This document shows, in pieces, positions 37,134 through 46,782 of a stretch of 64,000 nucleotides of DNA. Each line of letters opens with the position of its first letter. Within the stretch, counting starts at the first letter, position 1. Below the pieces are notes generated by a model that was given only the letters and a program-made list of their open reading frames with translations, was not told the origin of the DNA and made no database searches. Origin of the DNA: Simkaniaceae bacterium (GTDB taxonomy: Bacteria; Chlamydiota; Chlamydiia; Chlamydiales; Simkaniaceae); the NCBI GenBank assembly GCA_050248615.1, contig JBFWSA010000004.1:1-64000 (forward strand). Reading direction: 5' to 3'. Both the position numbers and the translations under genes were made by a program.

Positions 37134-39619
37134 CGCTTTTTCCTCGGGAACGCTACCTTGAATACATCGTCATAGGTATTCACAAAATGGACCTCGATCC
37201 CTTTCTTTAAATAGGCGGGGAGTTCATCATAATCCCGCTTATTGTCTTTAGGAAAAATAAGTGTCTTTAATTTGGATCGTTTAGCTGCAATGAGTTTTTC
37301 TTTTAGTCCCCCAATGGGTAGGACCTTACCAGTCAGCGTGAGCTCTCCTGTCATCCCTAAATCTTTCGCAACGGGAGTCTTCATTAAAAGGGATAATAGC
37401 GCTGTCGTCATGGTCACCCCAGCTGAGGGGCCATCTTTAGGAGTGGCTCCTTCGGGAATATGTACATGGACCTCTTTTTCCTGAAAAAACTTCAGTCTGG
37501 GAGCATACCGCTTCACCTCACTACTGACATAACTCCAAGCAATCTGAGCCGACTCTTTCATCACATCACCCGCTTGCCCCGTGAGCTTCATCTGGGTTTT
37601 GTCTGCAGGCGTTTCAATCGCTTCCACATAGAGCGTTGCCCCTCCCATGGCCGTCCAAGCAAGGCCTGTACACACACCAATAGGAGTTTTGTCATAGTAA
37701 CGATCTGTGGTAAAGATGGGTTTGCCTAAATACTTTTCAAGGGTGCTTTCAGAAATAGTGACCGATTTTTTCTTCCGGTTGCCCGCTCTCACAATTTCCA
37801 CAGCAACTTTTCGCATGATCTTTTTGATATTATTTTCTAAACCACGCACCCCAGCTTCACGTGCATATCCTTCAATAATCCCTTGAATCGCCCCCGTTGT
37901 AAACTTGACTTGGTTTGCTTTGAGTCCCGAGTTTTTGCGATTACGAGGAATCAGGTATTTCTTTGCGATTTGAAGTTTTTCCTCTTTGATGTATCCCGAA
38001 AGTCTTAAAATATCCATCCGATCTTTTAGAGGCCCCGGGATGGTATCTAAAACGTTTGCAGTGACAATAAAGAGTGTGTTGGAAAGATCGCAGCGTACAT
38101 CAAGATAATGGTCGAGGAAATCTTTATTCTGCTCAGGATCAAGTACTTCTAAAAGAGCAGATGCGGGGTCCCCTTGATAGCTCATCCCCATTTTATCCAC
38201 TTCATCTAACATGATGACAGGGTTCATGGTTTGCGTTGTTTTGAGCGCTTGAATCATTTTTCCCGGCATGGCTCCAACATAGGTGCGGCGATGCCCTTTA
38301 ATTTCGGCTTCATCCCGCATTCCTCCAACAGAAAAACGGAAGAATTCACGATTTAAAGCGCGGGCAATGCTCTTACCAATACTGGTTTTCCCCACCCCTG
38401 GAGGCCCTACAAAACAAATAATGCTCCCTTTGACTCCCCCTGTGAGTTTTCCCACACCGATAAATTCCAAAATGCGCTCTTTGATGTCCTTTAATCCATA
38501 GTGATCTTCCTCAAGGACCTTATCGGCATGCTTTAAGTCATGATTCTCTTTGCTAAAAACGCCCCAAGGGACAATCGTGAGCCAATCTAAATAATTACGC
38601 GAGACCGAATACTCTGCTGACTGGACTTCCAAAACGCTGAGTTTGTCAATCTCATCATCAATCACTTTTTGAGCTTCTTCAGGGACTTTTTTATCTTTGA
38701 GCCTCTCCTGAAACTTCTCAATATCACATGTTTTATCGTCTTTTTCGAGGCCCAGCTCTTTCTTGATGGTTTTAAGTTGCTCTCGAAGAAAAAATTCCCG
38801 CTGCGTTTTAGAGATGGTCGCTTCAATCTTCTGATTGATGCTACTTTGCAGTTTAGAGAGGTCGAGCTCTTTCTTCAAAAGAACTAAAGTTTTATCGATA
38901 CGGGCTTGGACATCAAATGTCCCCAAAATATCTTGCAACTCTTCCCGCCCAGCTGTTGTAAGAGCAACGGCAAAGTCGGCAAGCTTGCCTGGCTCTGTAA
39001 AATCAGAGTGGCCTAGAAAAATCTGCAACTCTTCCTTAAAGAGAGGATTGAGTTTGAGGAGTTCTTTGATGGTCGTGATAATGCTGATCGAGTAGGCTTT
39101 GATAATTTTAGACTGTTGTTGGGTGACCCGATCATCATGATAGGTGATCTTGGCTCTCATATATTTAGACTTTAAGATCGGCTTCTCAATTTTGATCCGC
39201 TTCTCCATATTCAGAACCACTTGAGCTCCCCCCTGTTCCAGAGGGACAATTCTCAAAATATTGGCCATCACTCCCACATCGCAAAGCCCTTCGAACTGCA
39301 AATCATAGATGTTCGCATCTTCTTGTTTGGTCAAGAACAGAGCCAACATTTTATGTTGAGATTTGGCCACAATCTTCAGAACTTCATAATAGGGCCCCGG
39401 TTCAATAACAAGGGGAGCTGCCATCCCTGGGAAAAAGGGACGCCGCGTAAGGGGAAGAATAAAAAGTTCCTCAGGGAGTTTCTCTTCCACAGGAGCCTTC
39501 TTATTACTACCAATCAACTTCTCTAAATCGCTATCGAGAAGCGCATCGGACAAATCAAAATTTTCCTCAGGAAGATCCTCATCCTCAGGCATGTTATCAT
39601 CATCGGGTGAATCGACCAA
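37130..39619 (-). CDS. lon: Lon protease
   Basis: GPPGVGKTS, HRRTYVGAMPG, PKDGPSAG, IGGLKEK. Start placed at TTG 39619 behind a GAAGGGG RBS. Confidence 0.96.
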   Translation of the reverse strand: MVDSPDDDNMPEDEDLPEENFDLSDALLDSDLEKLIGSNKKAPVEEKLPEELFILPLTRRPFFPGMAAPLVIEPGPYYEVLKIVAKSQHKMLALFLTKQEDANIYDLQFEGLCDVGVMANILRIVPLEQGGAQVVLNMEKRIKIEKPILKSKYMRAKITYHDDRVTQQQSKIIKAYSISIITTIKELLKLNPLFKEELQIFLGHSDFTEPGKLADFAVALTTAGREELQDILGTFDVQARIDKTLVLLKKELDLSKLQSSINQKIEATISKTQREFFLREQLKTIKKELGLEKDDKTCDIEKFQERLKDKKVPEEAQKVIDDEIDKLSVLEVQSAEYSVSRNYLDWLTIVPWGVFSKENHDLKHADKVLEEDHYGLKDIKERILEFIGVGKLTGGVKGSIICFVGPPGVGKTSIGKSIARALNREFFRFSVGGMRDEAEIKGHRRTYVGAMPGKMIQALKTTQTMNPVIMLDEVDKMGMSYQGDPASALLEVLDPEQNKDFLDHYLDVRCDLSNTLFIVTANVLDTIPGPLKDRMDILRLSGYIKEEKLQIAKKYLIPRNRKNSGLKANQVKFTTGAIQGIIEGYAREAGVRGLENNIKKIMRKVAVEIVRAGNRKKKSVTISESTLEKYLGKPIFTTDRYYDKTPIGVCTGLAWTAMGGATLYVEAIETPADKTQMKLTGQAGDVMKESAQIAWSYVSSEVKRYAPRLKFFQEKEVHVHIPEGATPKDGPSAGVTMTTALLSLLMKTPVAKDLGMTGELTLTGKVLPIGGLKEKLIAAKRSKLKTLIFPKDNKRDYDELPAYLKKGIEVHFVNTYDDVFKVAFPRKKR

Positions 39620-39654
39620 CGATATAACCCCTTCATTTAAAATTATTCCAAGGT

Positions 39655-39683
39655 AGTGTAGCACTCGCGGTTTAATTACGCAA
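39655..39683 (-). promoter_or_regulatory. lon sigma66/70 promoter overlapped by a degenerate CIRCE
   Basis: Minus strand reads TTGCGT-17 nt-TACACT and includes the CIRCE right arm GAGTGCTA (TTGCG-N15-TGCTA). Confidence 0.55.
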
Positions 39684-39698
39684 TTGCCACTTACACTC

Positions 39699-39717
39699 AT
39701 ACTCAAACAGCTTCAAA
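39699..39717. repeat. Family B repeat half-site
   Basis: ATACTCAAACAGCTTCAAA. Confidence 0.65.
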
Positions 39718-39785
39718 CGGTATTTAAGTCTACCTTTCCTATATGACGTAGGACATATAAATACAACTCCGATATAATATTCCGG

Positions 39786-39951
39786 TGAACCTATCTCGAA
39801 TTAAAGAGTTTCTTTGATTTCTTGGATTTTTGAGTAGATGTCCTTTCTCTATTTTGAGGACATTGTCCAAGAGACAAGGCCTCAAAATAGAGAAAGGATA
39901 GGTATCGAAAAGACTGAAATAAAAAAAGGCTACTCATTCGAAATAGGTTCA
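39786..39951. mobile_element. Palindromic element, family A, full length, opposite orientation to the 33616 copy
   Basis: TGAACCTATCTCGAAT / ATTCGAAATAGGTTCA ends; 36-bp core TTTTGAGGACATTGTCCAAGAGACAAGGCCTCAAAA is the exact reverse complement of the 33616 core. Confidence 0.9.
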
Positions 39952-39952
39952 T

Positions 39953-40477
39953 ATGGTTAAAAAATTTCTGATTATAGATACAAGTGGAAGGGATAGTTTT
40001 GTCGCTCTCCATCATCCCTCAGGAACATTGGATAGCGAAATCCTTCCTCCCCTGAAGCAATCCCAAAGGCTCCTCCCCGCTACGCAAAAACTCCTGCAAC
40101 ATGAAGAGATTGACTTTATTGCAATTGGAATAGGACCGGGATCCTTCACAGGGACACGCGTGGGAGTAATGACAGCAAAAACCCTAAGTTTTGCAAGAAA
40201 AATCCCCCTCCTTCCTTTTTGCAGCTTACTGTGTCATATCCCCGAAAGAGAGGGCCCTTTTACAATCATGACCGATGCGAAATCCCAGGGGGTTTATACC
40301 CTTAAGGGAACTAAAACCCGCAATGCTCTTTTTTTCGAAGAACCCTTCCTCCAAAAGAAAGATCTTGAAGAGCCTCTCCCCCCCCTGAATCTTCCCTTTC
40401 TGGCCTCCTATCTTCTTAAACAAGAGAAACTTTTTAGCCATGATGAAATTCAAGTCTCTTACTTAAGATCTCCTTAA
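39953..40477 (+). CDS. tsaB: tRNA threonylcarbamoyladenosine biosynthesis protein TsaB
   Basis: LIIDTS, IAIGIGPGSFTGTRVG; lon-tsaB-rpsU-dnaJ context. Confidence 0.9.
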   Translation: MVKKFLIIDTSGRDSFVALHHPSGTLDSEILPPLKQSQRLLPATQKLLQHEEIDFIAIGIGPGSFTGTRVGVMTAKTLSFARKIPLLPFCSLLCHIPEREGPFTIMTDAKSQGVYTLKGTKTRNALFFEEPFLQKKDLEEPLPPLNLPFLASYLLKQEKLFSHDEIQVSYLRSP

Positions 40478-40615
40478 CCCACTCAAAATCAATTTATTGA
40501 AATTTTTTGAATTTTTCATAATCAACCAAATGATTGAATAATAAGAGGTGTGTGAGATAGAATAGATGGAATGAACAAAACTTTGAATTCAACCCGCGTA
40601 GGAAGTGATTAATTT

Positions 40616-40801
40616 ATGCCGAACGTGAAGGTTCGCACTGGTGAGCCCATCGACAAAGCTCTTCGAGCTTTAAAGAAAAAACTCGATAAAGAAGGGATCA
40701 TGAAAGCCGCAAAAGCGCACCGCTTCTATGATAAACCTTCAGTCAAGAAACGTGCCAAGTCTAAGGCAGCTCTAAAGTACAAAGTTAAGAAAGGTCGTTA
40801 G
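40616..40801 (+). CDS. rpsU: 30S ribosomal protein S21
   Basis: [17 protein letters not shown]...[10 protein letters not shown]. Confidence 0.95.
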   Translation: MPNVKVRTGEPIDKALRALKKKLDKEGIMKAAKAHRFYDKPSVKKRAKSKAALKYKVKKGR

Positions 40802-40833
40802 CACTTGAAAAATTCAAGTGCTAACTGTATAAT
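40798..40833 (+). promoter_or_regulatory. CIRCE (HrcA operator, 40798-40824) overlapping the dnaJ promoter
   Basis: TTAGCACTT-N9-AAGTGCTAA vs consensus TTAGCACTC-N9-GAGTGCTAA; -35 TTGAAA (40805-40810), 17 nt, -10 TATAAT (40828-40833). Confidence 0.85.
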
Positions 40834-40860
40834 TCGGATCGAAAGATCAAGATGTAGGTT

Positions 40861-42009
40861 ATGACCGATTATTACCAAGTATTAGGCATCCCTCGTGAGG
40901 CCACTCAGGATGAAATTAAGAAGGCTTACCGTAAACTAGCCCTTAAGTATCATCCCGATAAAAACCCTGATGACTCACAAGCTGAAGCCAAATTCAAAGA
41001 CGTTTCGGAAGCTTATGAAGTCTTAAGTGACGAGAAGAAACGGCAAATGTATGACCAGTATGGTTCCGATGCCCTCAGGGGTGCCGGAATGGGTGCAGGT
41101 GCTGGCGCTGGTTTCTCCTCTATGGAAGAGGCCCTGCGCACATTCATGGGTGCATTTGGCGGCGCTCCGGGTGGAGATACGATTTTCGATTCTTTTTTTG
41201 GTCAAGACTTTGGCGGAGGCCCTCAATACTCCCGACAAGGGGTTAGCAAAAAAGCGCAAATTTCCATTAGCTTTGAAGAAGCTGCTAATGGGGTTGAAAA
41301 AGAGATCGCTATTACCACTTACGCAGAATGTACAAAGTGTAAAGGGAATGGAGCGCGCTCCCCCCAAGATATCAAAAACTGCAATACGTGCCACGGAAGT
41401 GGCCACCTCCATCAAACACGTGGTTTTTTTAGTATGTCTAGTACATGCCCCCATTGCCACGGTTCGGGAAAAGTCATTGCGGTCCCTTGCACCGAATGCC
41501 ATGGTGTAGGAAAAGTGAAGAAAAAACAACGTGTTAAGGTCCCCATTCCTGCGGGAATTGATGATGGGATGCGTCTAAAAATGGCAGGCTACGGAGATGC
41601 GGGTGAAGCAGGAGGCCCTCCTGGAGATCTTTATGTTTATATCCGTGTCAAACCCCATGACATTTTTACCCGCGAAGGGGATGATCTCATCTTATCCCTC
41701 CCTGTGAGCTTAACAGAAGCAGCTCTTGGCTGCAAAAAAGACCTTCCTAGACTGCAATCCAAAAAACCTGTCCGTCTAACCATTCCAGAAGGGACTCAAA
41801 CCGGAAAAGTTCTCCGCATTAAAGGAGAAGGACTCAAAAACGTTCATGGCCATGGGAAAGGGGATCTCCTTATCAATATCCAAGTTGAAACCCCAGTTAA
41901 CCTTTCACAAAAACAAAAAGCCTTATTAGAAGAGTTTCAAGAAAGCGAAACCGCTCAAAACTCCCCTCAACGCAAGTCCTTTTTGGATAAACTGAAGGTT
42001 TTTTTTTAG
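40861..42009 (+). CDS. dnaJ: Chaperone DnaJ
   Basis: J domain with HPD, G/F region, four CxxCxGxG repeats. Confidence 0.97.
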   Translation: MTDYYQVLGIPREATQDEIKKAYRKLALKYHPDKNPDDSQAEAKFKDVSEAYEVLSDEKKRQMYDQYGSDALRGAGMGAGAGAGFSSMEEALRTFMGAFGGAPGGDTIFDSFFGQDFGGGPQYSRQGVSKKAQISISFEEAANGVEKEIAITTYAECTKCKGNGARSPQDIKNCNTCHGSGHLHQTRGFFSMSSTCPHCHGSGKVIAVPCTECHGVGKVKKKQRVKVPIPAGIDDGMRLKMAGYGDAGEAGGPPGDLYVYIRVKPHDIFTREGDDLILSLPVSLTEAALGCKKDLPRLQSKKPVRLTIPEGTQTGKVLRIKGEGLKNVHGHGKGDLLINIQVETPVNLSQKQKALLEEFQESETAQNSPQRKSFLDKLKVFF

Positions 42010-42045
42010 TCAGCCTGCGTAGATTGATCTCTAACAGAAAAGTTA

Positions 42046-42240
42046 AGAGATTGTCTTCGAATTAAAATTATACTCAAACAACTTCAAAAGTTGGTTGGGT
42101 ATATTTATCTTTTTGCCTTTTTTGATTAATTACGCAGCTCGATCTTGACAACTTTATTCAAGTTGTCGACGATCTCCGCAACCTAATTTCTCTAAAAAAG
42201 TCATAAAACTTAAAGAAATTTTAATTCGGAGACAACCTCT
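42046..42240. mobile_element. Palindromic element, family D, with a nested mini family B element (42069-42103)
   Basis: AGAGATTGTCTTCGAATTAAAATT / AATTTTAATTCGGAGACAACCTCT ends; central hairpin GACAACTT-TATTC-AAGTTGTC; insert TA-TACTCAAACAACTTCAAAAGTTGGTTGGGTA-TA. Confidence 0.85.
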
Positions 42241-42922
42241 ACAGCTTGATTTCATACTCTTTTAAAAGGGTCAGAAGGGTATCAAATTCATGAATGTTAT
42301 AGTCGTAATAGATCGTCTGTATATCAAGCGCCCGTGCAGCCTGTAAGTTTTCTTCTTTGTCATCAATAAACAAAATTTCTTCCGGTTTCAAATCGATTTC
42401 CTTCAGCAATATATGATAGATTGCAAGGTCAGGTTTAGCTACTTTTACCTCCCAAGAAAGAATGAGGGGATCGAAAGGATCGAGACGATGGCTCTTTTGA
42501 TAGACTTCAGAAAGAGAAGCCACTTGATTGGAAAGAAGACCCACCGTGTACCCCTGGGCTTTTAAGGTATCAATGAGGGTAAAAAGCTCTTCATTAAATT
42601 CAATTTGTTCCAGATGAAATGTTTGCCATCTCTCCACCCAATTCTCAGGATAGGAAACATTGAGATTAGCGGCAAATGTTTGCCAATATTTCTCTTCCTC
42701 ACATCCACCCGCTACTAAAGATTCTTGAAAATCTTTTTTGATCTCTCTGAGTACTTCTTCCCCGGAACTTCCGAAAGTATCACAGATGAATTTTAGAGAA
42801 GGACTCTTCCCACTTTTAAAACGCATCAAAACATTTCCATAATCGAAAATAAGGGCTTTGATCTCTCCTTGCATCTGAAAAAAGGGAAATAAAGCTAAAA
42901 AAAGTCCAAGCAGTTTTTTCAT
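42239..42922 (-). CDS. HAD-family hydrolase with N-terminal signal-peptide-like segment
   Basis: IFDYGNVL, LLSN, KPD..IY, FIDD..ENL. Confidence 0.85.
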   Translation of the reverse strand: MKKLLGLFLALFPFFQMQGEIKALIFDYGNVLMRFKSGKSPSLKFICDTFGSSGEEVLREIKKDFQESLVAGGCEEEKYWQTFAANLNVSYPENWVERWQTFHLEQIEFNEELFTLIDTLKAQGYTVGLLSNQVASLSEVYQKSHRLDPFDPLILSWEVKVAKPDLAIYHILLKEIDLKPEEILFIDDKEENLQAARALDIQTIYYDYNIHEFDTLLTLLKEYEIKL

Positions 42923-43020
42923 CGATAAATTTCCTAATAAAACCTTCGGATTTTATCAGGAGGGCTTTCAAAAATCAAGCCTATAGTCAGTTTGAAAAAT
43001 GGAGTGCAAACCATCACAAC

Positions 43021-43051
43021 AAAAAGGCCGTAATGCGTTCACACTACGGCC
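43021..43051 (-). terminator. Probable Rho-independent terminator
   Basis: GGCCGTA...TACGGCC stem followed by a T run on the minus strand. Confidence 0.5.
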
Positions 43052-43183
43052 GGGGACCAGACTTTTCAGTCTGGAAAAAGAAGGGGGAAGTCTATTTGCG
43101 AATGGCAAGTGTTACACTTTTCCTTCACTTACCTATTCGTTTATCATGTCCCTATCTTTTTGTCTATTATATTTTTTTTCGGT

Positions 43184-43345
43184 ATGCTAGAATTTTTCGC
43201 TTTTTTTTATGAACATCCAGGAAAAGGTCTCCTTTTTTTCTTGATTTCACGGTTTAGGAACCACTCTGGAATATAAGATAAAATGGTGAAAGATCTTTCA
43301 ACAAATTTTGAAGTTATCACTTTTGATAATAGCGGGTGCAAAGGA
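43184..43345 (+). pseudogene. N-terminal remnant of an alpha/beta hydrolase
   Basis: Reads ...FYEHPGKGLLFFLISRFRNHSGI*DKMVKDLSTNFEVITFDNSGC, matching the YE..G.G.P..LI.G......W......LS..F.VI.FD.RG.G pattern, with an in-frame TAA at 43274. Confidence 0.6.
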
Positions 43346-43389
43346 TATCATCGCATGGGACAACAGAAAGAGCCGCCTAAATCACAGCT

Positions 43390-44712
43390 TTAGCTATAAC
43401 TATACGATACCATTGCAGTATCGAGGGGCATTCCGCAAATAAAGCTTTCCCCCACCTTTAACATTCTTACCTGATCCTGTAACCCCAATCTTTCTGCCTC
43501 TTCCATAAATAACTGAATCGGCTCTTCTATTTTCTCTTTTCCCGTACGATAAGCGCCCCAATGAATCGGGACGATTTCTTTTGCACCCAATGCTTGAAAG
43601 ACTAAAAGGGCTTCTTTATGATCAATATGAACATTCGGTTCTCCTTCAGGAGCAATGGGAAGAAAAGCGACATCGATTGTGCCAAATTGCGCTTTGATTT
43701 GCTCAAAAAGTGGATGGGGAATCCCTTCTTGATCCACCATCTCTACTCCTAGAGCTGTATCTCCTGCAAAATAGAGGATTTTATCCCCTACCTCAATCAC
43801 AAACCCACACCATAACATCTTGTTGGCATCGAAAAGGCCTAACTGAGATCCATGTTGAGCAGGAACTGCTGTAATTTTGATCTCTTGTCCCTCTTTATAA
43901 ACAAGGGTCGATTGCCACCACGCATTTTCATGAATGCGTTGAAAACCCATTCCCTCAAGCCAGGCTTGGGTTCTAGCTCCAGAAAAAACTTCGGGCTGAA
44001 AACGGGCAAAATAATCGAGTTGATTGGCATGGTCTCCGTGATTATGAGAACATAAAATCAAGTCGATAAAGGGGAGTTCCTCTCGACTGACTGCGGGAAG
44101 AATGTGACGCATAAAACAGGGAAATACGAATCCAAAAGAAGGATCCGTTAAAATATTTACCCCTCCCACCTGAATCAAAAGGGTGGCATGACCGATCCAA
44201 GTAATGAAAGGATCTGTCCCTAAATAGCGAGGGATGATTTCGGGGTAGACTGTGAATGCCTCTTCTAAATCTTCTAACTGGGTTACAGCATCTCGAGCTC
44301 CCACAAAGAGGAGGCGTTGCGTTTCCCAAAATTGCCAAAAGAGATCTTCTCCTGGATAATTACGGTACCGCCCCCCTTCAATAACAGGAGTGATTTGCCC
44401 AGGAAAATCTTGGATACCTTGATGGACACAAAGAAGCTCAGCAGGCCCTAAGGCTTCGATCCCATAAAACCAAGATCTCTGGTTACGCCTAGCAATAGCC
44501 CCTATTTTTTCTAGAAGGATCTGATCTTCTTCATCCTCCAAGAGGGTGATGAGACGCTCTTTAAGAGAGGCTTCATGAGCACTTGAGAAAAAAGCGCGTA
44601 TATACTGCTCCCAAGACTTTAAATATGAAGCAGTAGCCATCTCCTCGTCTTCGATCACAAGATCCCAAGGAGACTCGCAAGATCCAATTGCTAATTCGAT
44701 TTCGTATGACAT
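43390..44712 (-). CDS. MBL-fold metallo-hydrolase (NAPE-PLD/RomA-like) with long N-terminal extension
   Basis: TWIGHAT, ILTDP, SHNHGDH, PAQH, YFAGDT, PIHWG. Confidence 0.85.
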   Translation of the reverse strand: MSYEIELAIGSCESPWDLVIEDEEMATASYLKSWEQYIRAFFSSAHEASLKERLITLLEDEEDQILLEKIGAIARRNQRSWFYGIEALGPAELLCVHQGIQDFPGQITPVIEGGRYRNYPGEDLFWQFWETQRLLFVGARDAVTQLEDLEEAFTVYPEIIPRYLGTDPFITWIGHATLLIQVGGVNILTDPSFGFVFPCFMRHILPAVSREELPFIDLILCSHNHGDHANQLDYFARFQPEVFSGARTQAWLEGMGFQRIHENAWWQSTLVYKEGQEIKITAVPAQHGSQLGLFDANKMLWCGFVIEVGDKILYFAGDTALGVEMVDQEGIPHPLFEQIKAQFGTIDVAFLPIAPEGEPNVHIDHKEALLVFQALGAKEIVPIHWGAYRTGKEKIEEPIQLFMEEAERLGLQDQVRMLKVGESFICGMPLDTAMVSYSYS

Positions 44713-44736
44713 GGCGTCATATTATAAAGGATCCTC

Positions 44737-45696
44737 TTAATTCTTTAAACGTCTAAGAAAAGAGAGAGCATTCTCATGAGCGATTTTTTGAATTTGTTCA
44801 GGGGTAAAAGAGGACGAGAGGAGCTCCAAAAAAGCGGGATAGCACGAAGAATTTTCATAATTTTTTTGAAAAAAGGGTTTGAGATGATCGATTTCGGGAA
44901 GGGGAATCCCTCCAAAAAAATCGGCACCTAAGCAGAGTGCCTCTTCCCCCCCTAAAGAGAGGCCGTGTTGAAAATGACGCACAAAATCCTCAGGTTTGTC
45001 TCCAATAAACGCTCGGATAAAATTGATTCCTACCACCCCTCCAAGAGCAAAAATTTCTTTTGCAATAGCATCGGGAAGATTCCGACGATGGTCAAGGATT
45101 AAGCGAAAGTTTGAATGGCTAGCCATAGGCAAAAGATCTAGCCCTTTTTTATGAATGTAATTGAGAATATCATGCGCTAAGGCGGCCGAAGTATGGCTAA
45201 GATCAATGGCAATTTTCTTCCCACTCAAATAGTCAAGGAAATGCTCTCCATCCCGTTTTAATCCTGCATGGGAGTTATTCCCTCCCCCAAAGCGATTTTC
45301 TTCATTCCATGTCAAACTTACATAGAGCCAATCCTGAGCATCTAAACGTGCAAATCCAACATCTAACGACTCTTTTTCTTCAACAAGCGCTGAGGCATTT
45401 TCAACAGCTAATACAAAATGGGTAATCTTTTTTGTGGGATCAAAGGCAGAAAAAGGGGCACACGAAGTTCCATATTTTTTTAACATTTCCTGATAACAAG
45501 AGAGTTGTTTTTCTCCTTCCTGAGTAGATCCCGGATGGGTTTCAGTAAAAACAGCAAGTGTTTGGAGGATGACCCCTCCCTCTCGTAACTGAGGGAGAGA
45601 GCAATTCGAAAGGGGGTTTAGGGGGTCATTGCGTGTACGATCATGAGCCAAATACGAAAGCAAGTCACAATGAAAATCTACTATTTGATAACTCAA
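44737..45696 (-). CDS. Membrane dipeptidase (peptidase M19) family
   Basis: DFHCD, AVEN, LTWN..NRFGGG, IDLSH, ASHSN, GADF. Confidence 0.88.
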   Translation of the reverse strand: MSYQIVDFHCDLLSYLAHDRTRNDPLNPLSNCSLPQLREGGVILQTLAVFTETHPGSTQEGEKQLSCYQEMLKKYGTSCAPFSAFDPTKKITHFVLAVENASALVEEKESLDVGFARLDAQDWLYVSLTWNEENRFGGGNNSHAGLKRDGEHFLDYLSGKKIAIDLSHTSAALAHDILNYIHKKGLDLLPMASHSNFRLILDHRRNLPDAIAKEIFALGGVVGINFIRAFIGDKPEDFVRHFQHGLSLGGEEALCLGADFFGGIPLPEIDHLKPFFQKNYENSSCYPAFLELLSSSFTPEQIQKIAHENALSFLRRLKN

Positions 45697-45737
45697 ATGA
45701 TTACCTACATCCCAGTTGCTCCAATGTACTCCCTAAT

Positions 45738-46760
45738 TTAAAAATCGATACGTCCTCTTATCGTTAAGCCTTGTAAAATAAGATCCCCTCCATGATCAGG
45801 CTCCATAAGGTTCTTGATCACTTCATTATGCAGAATCCAAACTTGATGCTCCCATCCTGCTTGCAATAAAAAATGCAAGCGGTCTTGATCAACCCAAGTC
45901 TCCCAGCGAAGCCCAGCTTGAATAGCAATAACGGGTTCTAAAGTATGAGGTTTTGCCCCTGTATTAAATGTCGTATTTGAGAGGCCGCCTTGAGATTGTC
46001 TCTCTTTACGATCGACATCAAATTGTCCCCATAATGTAGCCAGGGCTAAGTCTCCATAAAAACTGATGTTTTTAGTAAACTGCCACGATGTGTCTAACCC
46101 TGCCCGTAATCCAACACCCCAAAAATCTTGCTTGAGATCGAGGCGGTTTTGAAAATTATTTACATCTGTAAGGGTTGCTTTGTAGTCTTGATAAATCCAG
46201 GCAGCTTCAAAACCCACATGAACACGCAGTTTTAAGTACTGGCTTAAATAGCTATTACGTGCCATTTCAAGGGTGAGATCGTTATAAGAAATATCCCATC
46301 TAGCTTTTGCATCGATTAAAGCAATGACACTCCCGTTAACAACCCAGTAGGGAAGAAGAGTTGTTGTCCCTGGATTTTTTGAAACGGAATCTTCCGCATG
46401 ACTATCAATCCATGTATATTGGGCAAAAATATCCCAGTCATCATGAGGAAGATTAAATCCTAAACCAATTTTAAAACCAGGATCCCAACTCCAATCAGGC
46501 TCATACACTGATCCCTTAGAAGGATTAATTGCATTTCCCCCAGATACGGCATAGAACATCCCATCTTGACGCACTGTCCAATAGATAAAATCCGCAGTAA
46601 AAAAAGGATTCCAACTTTTTTGGACTCTTGGACCTGCTCCAGGTGTGATTTTAATAGCACAATCATCAGAATAATACAAAATTGGCTGCTCTTTCTGATT
46701 TTGTCCATATGCAAAACCCATTATAGATAATAAAAAATAAACAATCCATCTTCCATTCAT
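45738..46760 (-). CDS. Outer-membrane beta-barrel, Lpg1974/MOMP-like family
   Basis: Signal peptide; ADFIYW, WDPGFKIGLG, FWGVGLRAG, GDLILQGLT; terminal Phe. Confidence 0.82.
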   Translation of the reverse strand: MNGRWIVYFLLSIMGFAYGQNQKEQPILYYSDDCAIKITPGAGPRVQKSWNPFFTADFIYWTVRQDGMFYAVSGGNAINPSKGSVYEPDWSWDPGFKIGLGFNLPHDDWDIFAQYTWIDSHAEDSVSKNPGTTTLLPYWVVNGSVIALIDAKARWDISYNDLTLEMARNSYLSQYLKLRVHVGFEAAWIYQDYKATLTDVNNFQNRLDLKQDFWGVGLRAGLDTSWQFTKNISFYGDLALATLWGQFDVDRKERQSQGGLSNTTFNTGAKPHTLEPVIAIQAGLRWETWVDQDRLHFLLQAGWEHQVWILHNEVIKNLMEPDHGGDLILQGLTIRGRIDF

Positions 46761-46768
46761 GGTTATTC

Positions 46769-46782
46769 CTTGTTTGAGTATA
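46769..46782. repeat. Short family B half-site
   Basis: CTTGTTTGAGTATA immediately upstream of the porin RBS. Confidence 0.45.

Noticed and set aside
39620..39706. N-terminal extensions given by the ORF track for lon (also glyA, xerC, MFS, DUF1003, VOC, AsmA-like)
   Set aside because: Downstream starts have better RBSs or fit the family N-terminus, and several extensions run over promoter or repeat sequence.
39791..40015. 74-aa minus-strand ORF
   Set aside because: Translation of the family A element plus antisense tsaB.
40798..40824. Inverted repeat after rpsU read as a simple terminator
   Set aside because: No U-tract, and it matches CIRCE with exact 9-nt spacing over a promoter upstream of dnaJ.
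42999..43190. 63-aa ORF
   Set aside because: No RBS or recognisable motif, and it runs across hairpins; not supportable as a gene.
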